Source of the DNA: Acidobacteriota bacterium
Lineage (GTDB): Bacteria; Acidobacteriota; JAAYUB01
NCBI GenBank assembly: GCA_017996395.1
Contig: JAGOHA010000003.1
Span: 20,427-84,426 of the forward strand
Length of the DNA stretch: 64,000 bases
Reading direction: 5' to 3'
The notes under the pieces were generated by a model. The model saw only the letters and a program-made list of their open reading frames with translations, was not told where the DNA came from and ran no database searches. This document shows positions 28,890 to 40,493 of this stretch, piece by piece (within the stretch, counting starts at the first letter, position 1; each line of letters starts with the position of its first letter). Made by a program: the position numbers and the translations under genes.

Positions 28890-30796
28890 TTGTCCTTTGC
28901 CGATGATAGGCCCTCGGGAAAGACGATGCGCAGCAGAAATCCGCCTGCATCCGTCAGTTCGAAATCCAACTGGCCACGCTGCCGGGCGATCAACCGGTTC
29001 AGCAGGACAAAATGGAAATCCCGAGCCACGTCGAAGGCGACGAGTTTGTCCTTGTTGCCCCGGGCGCCCGTCGGAGGATTGAAGCGAATCATGAGTTCCG
29101 GTGCCGCGTTTTCGCGGACGAGGCAGACCGCCTGCAGCTTGCCGCCGGAGACAAAATCCAGCAACCGATCGAGGAACAGTCGAAGTCCCAGCAATGTGAG
29201 TTCCTCATCGAGCATCACCTGCCCCAACCGGGCGTCGAACCGGGCGTCGATCTCGACACTCTTGGCCACGGTTTTAGAACGGATCGCGACGAATACGCTG
29301 TCCAAGGCAGGCATCAAGGCCATCGGCTGGATCTTGAGGGGATAATCCCGATCGGTGATCACCCGGGTGAGTTCCAGTTTCTGCAGGCTGCGTTCGACCT
29401 TTTCGATTTCGACGACGCAGTTGCGGAACAGGAGCGGATCATAGGCGTCGCGTAGGCTCCGCTTCACCCCGTCCTCGAGCATCTGGACAAAACCGCGCAG
29501 GCTGGCCAGGTGCACGCGGATGGACTGTCCCACCGCGTACACCGTGTTGAATTCCGTGGCTTCGCGCAGCGCCATCTCCAGCTCGGACACCTGGATCGCC
29601 TGCCGGCTGCCGGCCTGGTTCAAGCGGTTGATCTCCGCGGTCAGTTTGTCCAACTCACCCTGGTAATACAGGGTTTTCCTCAGCACGAACGATCCCATCT
29701 CCACCAGGCGCAAGAGCGTGCTCAGCGAAGCGGCGTGAAATAACTGCGGTTGGGTGGATTCCAGCACCACATACCCGTAGATATGCTTGAACGTCACCAG
29801 CGGAATCACCAGCACGGACTGCAATTTCTTCGGTGGCGACGGCAGTGGATACTTCTTCATGAGGGCGAAGGCGTCGGGGGCGTACAGCAGCTGCTTGCCT
29901 TTCTCGAGCTCCTGCCGGGCGCTGGGCAGCAATGAGAGAATGAGGGGTTGCTCCAACATGTCACCGTGGCGGACCTCGATTCCACCATCGGGTGTTTCCA
30001 GAAGCAGGGTGACATCAGCGCCTGGGTAGGTCTCCTGAAGATAGCGGTGGAATGCCTCCATCACCTTGTCCAGTGCGGCGAACACTGCAATCTCACTGAG
30101 GAAGGCCGAGACCGTATCGGCTTCTTCCGACCGCCGGGCCAGTTCGTTCTGCAGGGCGCGGTAGGTGAAGAGCGCTTCAACGATTTTCCCGATTCGGGCC
30201 AGGTCCTTCTCCCGGCGATCGGTGTCTTCCGATGGAATAGCCAGCAACACCCCGCCGACCGTCTCGCCGGCATGGACGATGGGACAGAGTGTCACGGACT
30301 GAAGCACGTCTTTCCCCTCTTCGACCGTCATGCCGTTTTCCCAACCGGCTGGCAAGCGCACAGGTTCCGGGGCGGCCTCCGGCGCCGGTCCCGCCTGGCT
30401 CAGGATACGCTCCGCCAGCCGGTCGGGATCCAACCGGGTCGACGGATACTGATGGTTCAGTACCTGTCCGGTCGCCGAATCCCTCAATACGAATGCGGCA
30501 TATGGCAGTCTGAGGATCCGGCCCATCTCATCGAACGCTTCCGGCAGCCGCCGGGAAGCCCGGTCCACGTCGCTGATGATGGCACAGGCCTGATCATAAA
30601 GAGCTTCTCGAAAGCTCAACTCCACCGTCAACTCACTGATCTGCTTTTCCGCCGCCAGTTGCCGCCGTTCGGTTTCGCGACGCTTCCGCTCGAGCCAGCC
30701 GGCGAGGATGGCCAGCGCCACGACGAAGAAAGCGAGGATCCACGGGATCATCCCGGACATGGCCAATATCACCGGGACATTGTGCAGTTCAAGCAT
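28886..30796 (-). CDS. Membrane-anchored GAF-domain sensor with a degenerate histidine-kinase-like C-terminus
   Basis: One N-terminal TM, two GAF-like regions, a DHp-like segment SIRVHLASLRGFVQML. The C-terminal region lacks clear N/G1/G2 ATP-lid boxes. ATGA overlap with the downstream MBL hydrolase gene. Start chosen at MLELHN (30796) rather than the track start at 31090. Confidence 0.5.
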   Translation of the reverse strand: MLELHNVPVILAMSGMIPWILAFFVVALAILAGWLERKRRETERRQLAAEKQISELTVELSFREALYDQACAIISDVDRASRRLPEAFDEMGRILRLPYAAFVLRDSATGQVLNHQYPSTRLDPDRLAERILSQAGPAPEAAPEPVRLPAGWENGMTVEEGKDVLQSVTLCPIVHAGETVGGVLLAIPSEDTDRREKDLARIGKIVEALFTYRALQNELARRSEEADTVSAFLSEIAVFAALDKVMEAFHRYLQETYPGADVTLLLETPDGGIEVRHGDMLEQPLILSLLPSARQELEKGKQLLYAPDAFALMKKYPLPSPPKKLQSVLVIPLVTFKHIYGYVVLESTQPQLFHAASLSTLLRLVEMGSFVLRKTLYYQGELDKLTAEINRLNQAGSRQAIQVSELEMALREATEFNTVYAVGQSIRVHLASLRGFVQMLEDGVKRSLRDAYDPLLFRNCVVEIEKVERSLQKLELTRVITDRDYPLKIQPMALMPALDSVFVAIRSKTVAKSVEIDARFDARLGQVMLDEELTLLGLRLFLDRLLDFVSGGKLQAVCLVRENAAPELMIRFNPPTGARGNKDKLVAFDVARDFHFVLLNRLIARQRGQLDFELTDAGGFLLRIVFPEGLSSAKDK

Positions 30797-30968
30797 GCCG
30801 ACTCCGCATGTTAGCATGTTGATATTCAATAGTTTCTGCATTATCCCATTGTCTGGTGGACCTGTCAAACCCAAAAGACCCTTTATAGACCTGCCCCACC
30901 CGGTCGGCGAACTTTCATGTTGCAATCCATCTGTAATTCCAGTATGTTGGCCACTTGTCGAGGACATC

Positions 30969-31628
30969 ATGCTTTCATTCACGCGAACCATCGGCGCCGG
31001 CGGGCAATTCCTGCTGACCAAACTGACATCCGCTCTCGGGCGAATCAAGGTCAATCCCAACCTGATCACTTTGTTGGGTTTTGTCATCAATATCGTAGCC
31101 GCTTTTTACCTTTCCAAGGGCCAATTCGGCATCGCCGGCACCATCATCTTCATCGCCGGCGCCATGGACATGCTGGACGGCGCGGTGGCCCGTTTGACGG
31201 GGACGGCAACGAAATTCGGCGCATTCTTTGACAGCGTCATCGACCGTTACTCCGATATCGTGCTCTACCTGGGCCTGATCATTTACTTCGGCAAGATGCC
31301 GCGAATGACCTACGTGGTTCTGGTGGGGATCTGCATCATGGGCTCCATGATGACCAGCTACACCCGAGCCCGCGCCGAAAGCCTGATCGATAAGTGCAAG
31401 GTGGGATTTCTGGAACGCCCGGAGCGCGTGGTGCTACTGATCCTGGGCACCTGGTTCTACCGCGTGGAACACGTGCTGTGGGTGATTGCCGTTCTGTCCA
31501 ACTGGACAGTCATCAGTCGCATCATCTTCACCTGGATGGAGCTGTCCAAGGTGAACATCCTGATGCCCATCACTCCGTCATTCCAAACCGAGAACCCCGT
31601 CGAGCAGAAGCATCCCATCGAGTGCTGA
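30969..31628 (+). CDS. CDP-alcohol phosphatidyltransferase family protein
   Basis: DMLDGAVARLTGTATKFGAFFDSVIDRYSD matches D-G-x2-A-R-x8-G-x3-D-x3-D. Confidence 0.7.
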   Translation: MLSFTRTIGAGGQFLLTKLTSALGRIKVNPNLITLLGFVINIVAAFYLSKGQFGIAGTIIFIAGAMDMLDGAVARLTGTATKFGAFFDSVIDRYSDIVLYLGLIIYFGKMPRMTYVVLVGICIMGSMMTSYTRARAESLIDKCKVGFLERPERVVLLILGTWFYRVEHVLWVIAVLSNWTVISRIIFTWMELSKVNILMPITPSFQTENPVEQKHPIEC

Positions 31629-31692
31629 TCGAGCTGGACGCCGGCCCCCTGCCCGCCGACGCACCGACCCCTGAACGGTTGCGTCAGACAGC

Positions 31693-32727
31693 TTACCGCT
31701 GATATCTTCGGACCGCCTGGTTGTGCTTGCGCAAGTTGTCGGAGAAGATGTGTCGCCCATTGTTCATCGACACGAAATAGAGGTATCGACTTTGGGCGGG
31801 CTCAACCGCCGCCAGGATGGCACCCCGCCCCGGATTAGCGATGGGGCCTGGGGGAAGTCCGCTGTACAGGTATGTGTTATACGGCGACGGGCGGGACAGA
31901 TCGCTCCTATTGATCTCGCCGTCCCACTCGCCTTTGGCCAGCCATTCGGCATAGATCAGGGTGGGGTCGCACTGGAGGCGCATTCCCAGGTCCAGCCGGT
32001 TGGCAAAAACCGACGCCACGAGCGGCCGCTCGTCGGGCGCGCCGGCTTCCTTCTCGACCAGTGAAGCCAGCGTCACTAGTTGGTGAACGGTCCGGCGGGT
32101 CCGGGCGCCGCCTTCCTGGATCAGCGGCAGCGCGACGCGTCGAAAGCGCTCCACCATGATCCCTGTCATCGCATCCTCCGACACGCCTTCGGGCACTTCG
32201 TACGTATCGGGAAAAAGATAGCCTTCAAGCGTTGCCGCTTCGGGCGCGATATCGGCCACCCGCCGGGGATCCGTCCACAGTTGCCGATAGACATCGTAGC
32301 GGCCGATTCCGGCCGCTTCCAGCTCCCGGAACATGCGCGATGCGGTCCATCCCTCAGGCAGGGTCACCATCGCTCGCGACACCTCACCCCGCACCACCTT
32401 TCGGGCCACTTCGGGCAGCGTCATCGGATGCTGAAACCGGTAGGTTCCCGCCTGCACTCGATGCGTCCATTCCTGCCATTTCAAGTATCGGACAAAGATC
32501 CGGGCGCTGGCGATGACTCCGGCTGCTTCCAGGCGGTTGGCCGCAGACTCGGCGCTGATGCCGGGATCCAGCCGGACCGTCGCCGCCGGCTCCAGATACC
32601 CCTGATACGTAGTCTGGAACAGAATGGCGTACGCTGCACGCGCCTCGGTGTAAAGCCACAGAGCAGCGGTGAAGCCAATGGCCAGGGCAGCCAACACCAT
32701 CAGTCTTTTACCACCGCGCCAAGACAA
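31693..32727 (-). CDS. mltG: Endolytic murein transglycosylase MltG (YceG)
   Basis: N-terminal TM, YceG-like domain (YLYFVS...NLRKHNQAV). Confidence 0.75.
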   Translation of the reverse strand: MSWRGGKRLMVLAALAIGFTAALWLYTEARAAYAILFQTTYQGYLEPAATVRLDPGISAESAANRLEAAGVIASARIFVRYLKWQEWTHRVQAGTYRFQHPMTLPEVARKVVRGEVSRAMVTLPEGWTASRMFRELEAAGIGRYDVYRQLWTDPRRVADIAPEAATLEGYLFPDTYEVPEGVSEDAMTGIMVERFRRVALPLIQEGGARTRRTVHQLVTLASLVEKEAGAPDERPLVASVFANRLDLGMRLQCDPTLIYAEWLAKGEWDGEINRSDLSRPSPYNTYLYSGLPPGPIANPGRGAILAAVEPAQSRYLYFVSMNNGRHIFSDNLRKHNQAVRRYQR

Positions 32728-33145
32728 CAGTCTCCCCCTCCTCGAGGAATCGTCGCAGGATCATCGCCGCAGCCAGGGCGTGCTCGTCGAACCGCGGTTT
32801 TCGGGATGTCCGGCCGGCGAGCCATTCGGCGGCTTCGAGCGATGAGTAGCGCTCGTCGACTCCCAGCACCGGCAGGGCCAGCCGGCCGCTGAGGCGCCGG
32901 GCGAACCGGTCCATCCGACGGCTGGCTTCCCCGGCTTGCCCGTCGTTTCGGACGGGATAGCCGATCACAATGGTTTCAGCTTCCAGATCGTCGACTGTGC
33001 GCCGGAGTGCGGCGAAATCCGAATCCACATCCGTCCGCTTCAGGGTGCCGACGGGCCGGGCCAGGCACCCGGTGGGGTCTGAAGCCGCCAGGCCGATGGT
33101 TTTTTCACCCACGTCCAGAGCCAGGTATCGCACACCGCCCTCCAA
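32708..33145 (-). CDS. ruvX: Holliday-junction resolvase-like RuvX/YqgF
   Basis: YLALDVGEKTIGLAASDP and overall YqgF architecture. Confidence 0.75.
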   Translation of the reverse strand: MEGGVRYLALDVGEKTIGLAASDPTGCLARPVGTLKRTDVDSDFAALRRTVDDLEAETIVIGYPVRNDGQAGEASRRMDRFARRLSGRLALPVLGVDERYSSLEAAEWLAGRTSRKPRFDEHALAAAMILRRFLEEGETVVLARW

Positions 33146-33248
33146 TTCATCGGCAAGCCATTATACATGGCCCTGTGCGTTTGACAAATTCCCTTTTATC
33201 CATCAACAGCTTCTAGTATAATTCCTGCGCCGGAACTCGGGAGGTTTC

Positions 33249-34502
33249 ATGATCGAACGTGGCAAATTGATGGTGCTGATCCTGTCCGCCGCGGTGGTCA
33301 TCTATGTCGTGGTCGGCGGTTTCCTCGGCCGCGTGGTGGCGAAGGATGAGACGTACCAGAACATCTCCCTGTTCAACGACGTCTTGAAGAAGATTCAGGA
33401 CGAATACGTCGAGAAACCACAGATGAAACCGCTGACGGAGAATGCCTTGAAAGGCCTGGCTGGGGGCGTGGATTCATTCTCGACCTACCTCAATCCCGAC
33501 GAGTTGAGCTTTGTGCGCGCCAGCCAAGACAAGAAAGGCGGACTGGGAATCGTGCTATCCGCCCGGGTCGGGTACTATCGCATTCTTCAGGTGTTGCCCG
33601 GTTCGCCTGCCGAAAAAGCCGGCCTGTTCCCCGGTGACGTCATTGAGGAAATCAATGGCCAGGGAGTCAGCGAGAAGAGTTACCCGGTCACGCAGGCGAT
33701 GCTTCGGGGCGACGCTGGCCAGACGGTCAAACTGGGCGTCGCGCGCGGCCGCGAGGAAGAACTTCACGATGTGGTCGTCCGGCTGGATACGATCCAGCCG
33801 CCCCAGCCCGAAACGCGCATCCTGGAAGCCGGAGTGGGCTACATCCGCCTGGTGGATTTGCATCCGGCGGCCGCGGACGATTTCCAGCGGGCGCTAAACA
33901 CGCTGATCAGCAGCGACGTCAAGCAACTGGTATTGGATGTGCGCGATTGTTGCGGCGGCGACTACGAACCCGCCCTGCGCATCGCCGACATGCTGATGGA
34001 TGAAGGCGTGATCACCCGGCGCCGCGGCAGTTCGGTCGAGGAGACGCAAGTCACCGCGACGAAGGACGACACCCTCTTCCGCGGTTCTCTGGTGGTGATG
34101 GCCAACGGCTTTACCAGCGGACCGGCCGAGGTGCTCGCCGCTGCGATCCAGGACAACGCGCGCGGCACCCTCGTGGGACAGAAAACCAACGGCACCGCGT
34201 CCGAACAGAAATTCATCGATCTGGCCGACGGCTCGGCGCTTTACATCACCCACGTCCGGTACCACACGCCCGCCGGCCGGCCCATCATGAACACGAAGGC
34301 CAATCTGGCGGGTGTCAAGCCCGATATCAAATCGCCTCCCTCGGATTTCGCGGTGTCGCTTTACATCGACTACGAGATGGCCACGGGACAGGAAGCCTAC
34401 CCTCTCTACCGAAAGTACATCGACACCGTGTACGCCAAACAATTGGAAAAAGCGCTCGAGGTCCTCAAGCAGGGAGAAACGGCCGAGCCGGTGGCGGCCT
34501 GA
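33249..34502 (+). CDS. ctpA: S41-family C-terminal processing peptidase
   Basis: N-terminal TM, PDZ (GDVIEEINGQ), S41 catalytic region. Confidence 0.7.
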   Translation: MIERGKLMVLILSAAVVIYVVVGGFLGRVVAKDETYQNISLFNDVLKKIQDEYVEKPQMKPLTENALKGLAGGVDSFSTYLNPDELSFVRASQDKKGGLGIVLSARVGYYRILQVLPGSPAEKAGLFPGDVIEEINGQGVSEKSYPVTQAMLRGDAGQTVKLGVARGREEELHDVVVRLDTIQPPQPETRILEAGVGYIRLVDLHPAAADDFQRALNTLISSDVKQLVLDVRDCCGGDYEPALRIADMLMDEGVITRRRGSSVEETQVTATKDDTLFRGSLVVMANGFTSGPAEVLAAAIQDNARGTLVGQKTNGTASEQKFIDLADGSALYITHVRYHTPAGRPIMNTKANLAGVKPDIKSPPSDFAVSLYIDYEMATGQEAYPLYRKYIDTVYAKQLEKALEVLKQGETAEPVAA

Positions 34503-34537
34503 CCTCCGGCCCTCCCGGCCCACCAATCGGATACAGC

Positions 34538-35329
34538 ATGATCTGGAAATCATTCGAAGGCGTCATGGAACCGGATTCCGCCGAAGCGCGGCTGTTGCAG
34601 TGCATCGACGCAAACTGTCTGCCGGTCCATGTCGCCATCATCATGGACGGCAACGGCCGCTGGGCCAACGCCCGCAACCTGCCCCGCATCGAAGGCCACA
34701 AGGCCGGCACGGACTCCGTCAAGCAGGTTATCGAGACCGCCGCCCGACTGGGCATCCGCTATCTTACTCTCTACGCTTTTTCCGTGGAGAACTGGAAGCG
34801 CCCCAAGACGGAAGTGCAGCAGCTCATGCGCCTGCTCAAGCATTACCTGAGAACCGAGTTGGGCACGCTCCTGAAACACGATATCCGCCTGCGGGCCATC
34901 GGACGGTTGGACGAGATGGAAGGCCCGGTCCGGCATCTGCTCCGTGAGACGGCCGCCCGGACGGCGAACAATCGCGGGCTGCAGCTCAGCCTGGCCCTGA
35001 ACTACGGCGGTCGAACCGAATTGGTGGACGCGGTCCGTGCCATCGCCCGGCAGGTCCAGGCCGGCACAGTGTCTCCCGAGGCCATCGACGTCGAGCACAT
35101 CGCCCGAAGCCTATACACCGATGGACTTCCGGATCCGGACCTGCTGATCCGGACCAGCGGCGAATACCGGCTGAGCAACTTCCTCCTCTGGCAAATCGCC
35201 TACACCGAGTTTTACATCACCCCCACCCTCTGGCCGGATTTCCGCCAGCGCCATTTCCTGGAGGCGGTGCTGGACTTCCAAAAGCGCGAGCGCCGGTTCG
35301 GCGGGCTTGCCGGCGAAACATCGTCCTAG
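34538..35329 (+). CDS. uppS: Isoprenyl transferase / undecaprenyl-diphosphate synthase UppS
   Basis: HVAIIMDGNGRWA...YLTLYAFSVENWKRP. Confidence 0.85.
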   Translation: MIWKSFEGVMEPDSAEARLLQCIDANCLPVHVAIIMDGNGRWANARNLPRIEGHKAGTDSVKQVIETAARLGIRYLTLYAFSVENWKRPKTEVQQLMRLLKHYLRTELGTLLKHDIRLRAIGRLDEMEGPVRHLLRETAARTANNRGLQLSLALNYGGRTELVDAVRAIARQVQAGTVSPEAIDVEHIARSLYTDGLPDPDLLIRTSGEYRLSNFLLWQIAYTEFYITPTLWPDFRQRHFLEAVLDFQKRERRFGGLAGETSS

Positions 35330-35333
35330 TTTC

Positions 35334-36150
35334 ATGATAACGCGCATCCTCTCCGCACTCGTCCTGATTCCCCTGGTCATCGCCGTCGTGTTCTTTGCGC
35401 CGCCCATCGTCTTCAGCGCGGCCGTCACGCTCCTCTGCCTCGTCGCCTTCGGCGAATTCCTGCTATTGCGGGATGGTCGGATGGATCGATCGCCTGGCTT
35501 CTGGCCCACGATGGCCGCCGCCAGTCTCTGCGGATTCGCGGTGGTTCATCCGATGTTCACAGATCATCGCGTGGCCGGTATCGTGGCCTTTTTCATGATT
35601 GCAGGCGTCCTCACCGTCTGGTTCAGCAAACGGAACGAAGAGATCGTCAGCCGGCTGGTTTGGCCGACCGCGGGATTCCTGTACCTGTTCGTGCTTTTCT
35701 CCTTCGTCGTCGACATTCGGTTCGACGTTGATCCCGCCTGCGGCGCCGGCTTGCTCATGGCGTTCCTGCTGATTCAATGGGTGGGCGACACCTTCGCCTA
35801 TTTCACCGGAACCTGGCTGGGCCGCCACCCGCTGGCGCCGCGGATCAGCCCGAAAAAGACCGTCGAAGGCACCATCGGCGGGGTGCTCGGTAGCGCGGGG
35901 GTTGGTTTGGCTGCCTGGTGGTGGCTGCCGCCGTCCCAGCCGCTCTGGCCGCTGCTGCTGCTGGGTGGCGCCGCCGGAGCGTTGGGTCAGGTGGGTGATC
36001 TGCTCGAATCCCAGTTCAAACGCGCGGCGGGAGTCAAGGATTCCTCGCACATTATTCCGGGGCACGGCGGCGTGCTGGACCGGCTGGATTCGTTGATTTT
36101 CACGGCACCGCCCTTTTACTACGCTTTGCAATGGTGCGTCACATCCGGTT

Positions 36151-36167
<17 letters not shown>
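35334..36167 (+). CDS. cdsA: Phosphatidate cytidylyltransferase CdsA
   Basis: C-terminal KRAAGVKDSSHIIPGHGGVLDRLDSL signature. Confidence 0.8.
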
Positions 36168-37344
<1,177 letters not shown>

Positions 37345-37355
37345 GTTGGATATTC

Positions 37356-38675
37356 ATGGATTACTTGATCAACGCCGTCTCCTTCGTCCTGATCCTGGGG
37401 CTCATGATCTTCTTGCACGAGTTGGGTCACTTTGTCGTGGCCCGGCTGTTGGGCATCCGGGTCGAAGTGTTCTCACTCGGTTTCGGCAAGCGGCTCTGTG
37501 GATTCAGCCGCGGCGGCGTGGATTACCGCATCAGCATGATTCCCCTGGGCGGATACGTGAAGATGGCCGGTGAGTATTTCGGCGAGGAATTGTCGGGCGA
37601 CCCGAACGAATTCCTCGCCCGGCCGCGCTACCAGCGGATCATGGTCATGCTGGCCGGTCCCGCGATGAACATCATCCTGGCGGTCGCTCTGGTGGCCGTC
37701 AATTACCAGGTGGGCATTGAGATGCCGACCTTCTATCACGACGATGCGGTGGCGGGTTATATCGTGGACGGTTCACCCGCCCAGTCGGCCGGACTGGTCG
37801 TGGGTGATCGGATCATCTCCCTGGGCGAACACCCGGTAAAAGATTGGGCCGATTTCCAGTTGCTGGCCATCAGTTTCTCCAAGCAGACCGTTCCGCTGCG
37901 TTACCAGCGTGACGGACAGACTCGGAGCACCTCGATCGTCCTGGCGGAAACGCTTCAGGATCCGTCGGAAATCACGGGCATAATGCCCATGATACCCACC
38001 CGGATCGCCACGGTGGCCGATGGATTTCCCGCCCACCGAATCGGCCTGCGGCCGGGTGACGAGATTCTCGAGGCCACCGACGGACAGTACACCGCCAGAG
38101 GGTACATGGACATTTCCCGCCTCATCCAGCGAAGCCTGAACCGCGAGGTGTCTCTGTCGGTGAAGCGCGGTCAGGACCTGCTCACGCTGGCCGGCCAGCC
38201 GGCGTTGTCCAAGGACGAGCCCCGTCGCGGTGTGTTGGGCTTCACCATCGCCATCGACCGCCTGGAGGAGCGCTACGGCCTGATCGAGTCGCTCCGCCGA
38301 TCGCTGCAGGACAACTACAATTTCGTGGTGATGACCTACCGTGTTTTGGGCAAGGTGGTCAGCGGGCGGCTCTCCATGCGCCAGTTGTCCGGCCCCCTGG
38401 GCATCGCCGAAGCCTCCGGCGAGGCGGTGAAGACCCTGAAGCTCACGGTTGTGTTCAGTTTCATCGCGCTGATCAGCGTCAACCTGGCGGTGGTCAACCT
38501 CCTGCCCATCCCGCTCCTGGACGGCGGCATGATTTTCATCCTGCTGATCGAGATGATCCTGCGCCGCGACCTGCCTCTCCGGCTGAAGGAACGAGCTGTC
38601 CAGATCGGATTCCTCCTGCTGGCTGCGCTGATGGGCGTGGTCATCATCCTGGATATCCTGAAAGCGGTGGAATGA
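37356..38675 (+). CDS. rseP: RIP zinc metalloprotease RseP (site-2 protease)
   Basis: HELGHFVVAR zinc motif, PDZ domain, C-terminal LDGG. Confidence 0.85.
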   Translation: MDYLINAVSFVLILGLMIFLHELGHFVVARLLGIRVEVFSLGFGKRLCGFSRGGVDYRISMIPLGGYVKMAGEYFGEELSGDPNEFLARPRYQRIMVMLAGPAMNIILAVALVAVNYQVGIEMPTFYHDDAVAGYIVDGSPAQSAGLVVGDRIISLGEHPVKDWADFQLLAISFSKQTVPLRYQRDGQTRSTSIVLAETLQDPSEITGIMPMIPTRIATVADGFPAHRIGLRPGDEILEATDGQYTARGYMDISRLIQRSLNREVSLSVKRGQDLLTLAGQPALSKDEPRRGVLGFTIAIDRLEERYGLIESLRRSLQDNYNFVVMTYRVLGKVVSGRLSMRQLSGPLGIAEASGEAVKTLKLTVVFSFIALISVNLAVVNLLPIPLLDGGMIFILLIEMILRRDLPLRLKERAVQIGFLLLAALMGVVIILDILKAVE

Positions 38676-38684
38676 GGCGTCACC

Positions 38685-39761
38685 GTGCGTATCCCGCGGC
38701 GACCTTCACGTCCCGTTCGGATCGGCACCGTCGGCGTCGGCGGCGACGCTCCGGTTTCGGTGCAGTCGATGACCAACACCGACACGCGGGATGTCGCCGC
38801 GACGGTGGCCCAGATTCATCGTCTGGAGGCGCGCGGGTGTGACCTGGCCCGCTGCGCGGTGGTCGACGCGCAGGCGGCGGCAGCGCTCGGTGAGATCATC
38901 CGCCAAATCCATATACCCCTGGTGGCGGATATCCACTTCGACCACACCCTGGCCCTGGCGGCGCTCGCCGCCGGCGTCCATAAAATCCGCATTAATCCGG
39001 GGAACATCGGCAGCCGCGAGAAAGCCCGTCGGGTGGTCGAGGAGGCCAAGGCCCGACAGGTGCCCATCCGGATCGGCGTCAATGCCGGTTCCCTGGAACG
39101 GGACATCCTGAAACAGCACGGCCATCCCACGGCGGCAGCGCTGGTGGAAAGCGCCATGCGACACGTGACCTTGCTCGAAGAGTTGGATTTTCACGACATC
39201 GTGATTTCTCTCAAGGCGTCCGATGTCCCGACCACCGTTGCGGCCTACCGGGATATCGCCCGGCGCGTTCCCTACCCCCTTCACCTGGGAGTGACCGAGG
39301 CGGGCACCCAGGCGGCGGGAACGGTGGTTTCAGCCATTGGCATCGGCGCACTGCTGCTGGACGGGATCGGCGACACGCTGCGGGTGTCGCTCACCGCTCC
39401 CCCCGAGAAGGAAATCGATGCCGGCTTTGAGATCCTGAAGGCGCTGGGCATCCGGCAGCGCGGTCCCCGGTTCATCTCGTGCCCCTCGTGCGGCCGAACC
39501 TCCGTTGACCTGATCGCCATCACCGAAGCGGTGGAACGGGAGCTGGCCGATGTGCAAGCGCCCGTCCAGATCGCCGTCATGGGCTGTGAGGTCAACGGGC
39601 CCGGCGAGGCGGCCGAAGCCGACATCGGGCTCGCCTGCGGCCGGGCAGCATCGCTGGTCCTGGAAAAGGGCCGCGTGGTGAAGAAGATTCCCAACGACAA
39701 CCTGGTGACGGCGTTTGTGGCCGAGGTCCGGCGCTTCCTCGCCGAACGCCGGCCGGAATAA
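38685..39761 (+). CDS. ispG: 4-hydroxy-3-methylbut-2-enyl diphosphate synthase IspG
   Basis: VRIGTVGVGGDAPVSVQSMTNTDTRD...CPSCGRT. Confidence 0.9.
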   Translation: MRIPRRPSRPVRIGTVGVGGDAPVSVQSMTNTDTRDVAATVAQIHRLEARGCDLARCAVVDAQAAAALGEIIRQIHIPLVADIHFDHTLALAALAAGVHKIRINPGNIGSREKARRVVEEAKARQVPIRIGVNAGSLERDILKQHGHPTAAALVESAMRHVTLLEELDFHDIVISLKASDVPTTVAAYRDIARRVPYPLHLGVTEAGTQAAGTVVSAIGIGALLLDGIGDTLRVSLTAPPEKEIDAGFEILKALGIRQRGPRFISCPSCGRTSVDLIAITEAVERELADVQAPVQIAVMGCEVNGPGEAAEADIGLACGRAASLVLEKGRVVKKIPNDNLVTAFVAEVRRFLAERRPE

Positions 39762-39786
39762 TATCGACAGAACTGGAGGTATCGTC

Positions 39787-40236
39787 GTGCGTGCGGTGGT
39801 TCAGCGCGTGTCGCGAGCCGCGGTGACCGTGGATGGCCGCTGTGTGGGCCAGATCGGCCGCGGGATTCTCCTCTTAGTTGGCATCGGACAAGGCGACACG
39901 AGGGACGACGCCGAGTACATCCTTAACAAAACACTTGAACTTAGAATCTTCAATGATCCTTCAGATAAGATGAATTTATCCATTCAGGAAACCGGCGGCT
40001 CCTTGTTGATCGTGTCGCAGTTCACCCTTTGGGGCGATTGCCGCAAGGGGCGCCGTCCGTCCTACTCGGATGCCATGGAGCCACGGGCGGCCGCTCAATT
40101 GTACGATGAGCTGATCCGTCTGGCCCGCCAGAGTCCTGTCCCGGTGGCCACGGGCGAGTTCCAGGCCATGATGGACGTGGAACTGGTCAACGACGGCCCC
40201 GTCACCCTGCTGCTGGACAGCCGCAAGCAGTTCTGA
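39787..40236 (+). CDS. dtd: D-aminoacyl-tRNA deacylase Dtd
   Basis: GTG start after a GGAGG RBS; VRAVVQRVSRAAVTVDG...SQFTLWGD is typical of Dtd. Confidence 0.75.
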   Translation: MRAVVQRVSRAAVTVDGRCVGQIGRGILLLVGIGQGDTRDDAEYILNKTLELRIFNDPSDKMNLSIQETGGSLLIVSQFTLWGDCRKGRRPSYSDAMEPRAAAQLYDELIRLARQSPVPVATGEFQAMMDVELVNDGPVTLLLDSRKQF

Positions 40237-40493
40237 AGCATCTTCGAGCCTGTACGCCGGATACTCCACTCGAACGAGATGAAGCATGAATCAGCTCTTA
40301 AAGGCAATCAATCCAATCCTTCCGCATGGCAACCCCCCTTGCTCTCAGGAGCCGGCGACGATCCCGGTGTCCGACTTGAATCTGCTCTGTTTTACCTTGC
40401 TTCTCCATGCCATCCCGGCTATCTTCCTGATAAGTTGACCGTTTTTAGTTGGATAGCCTGTCTACTTGCCGGAAGAACTGCGAAGAGAGTCTC

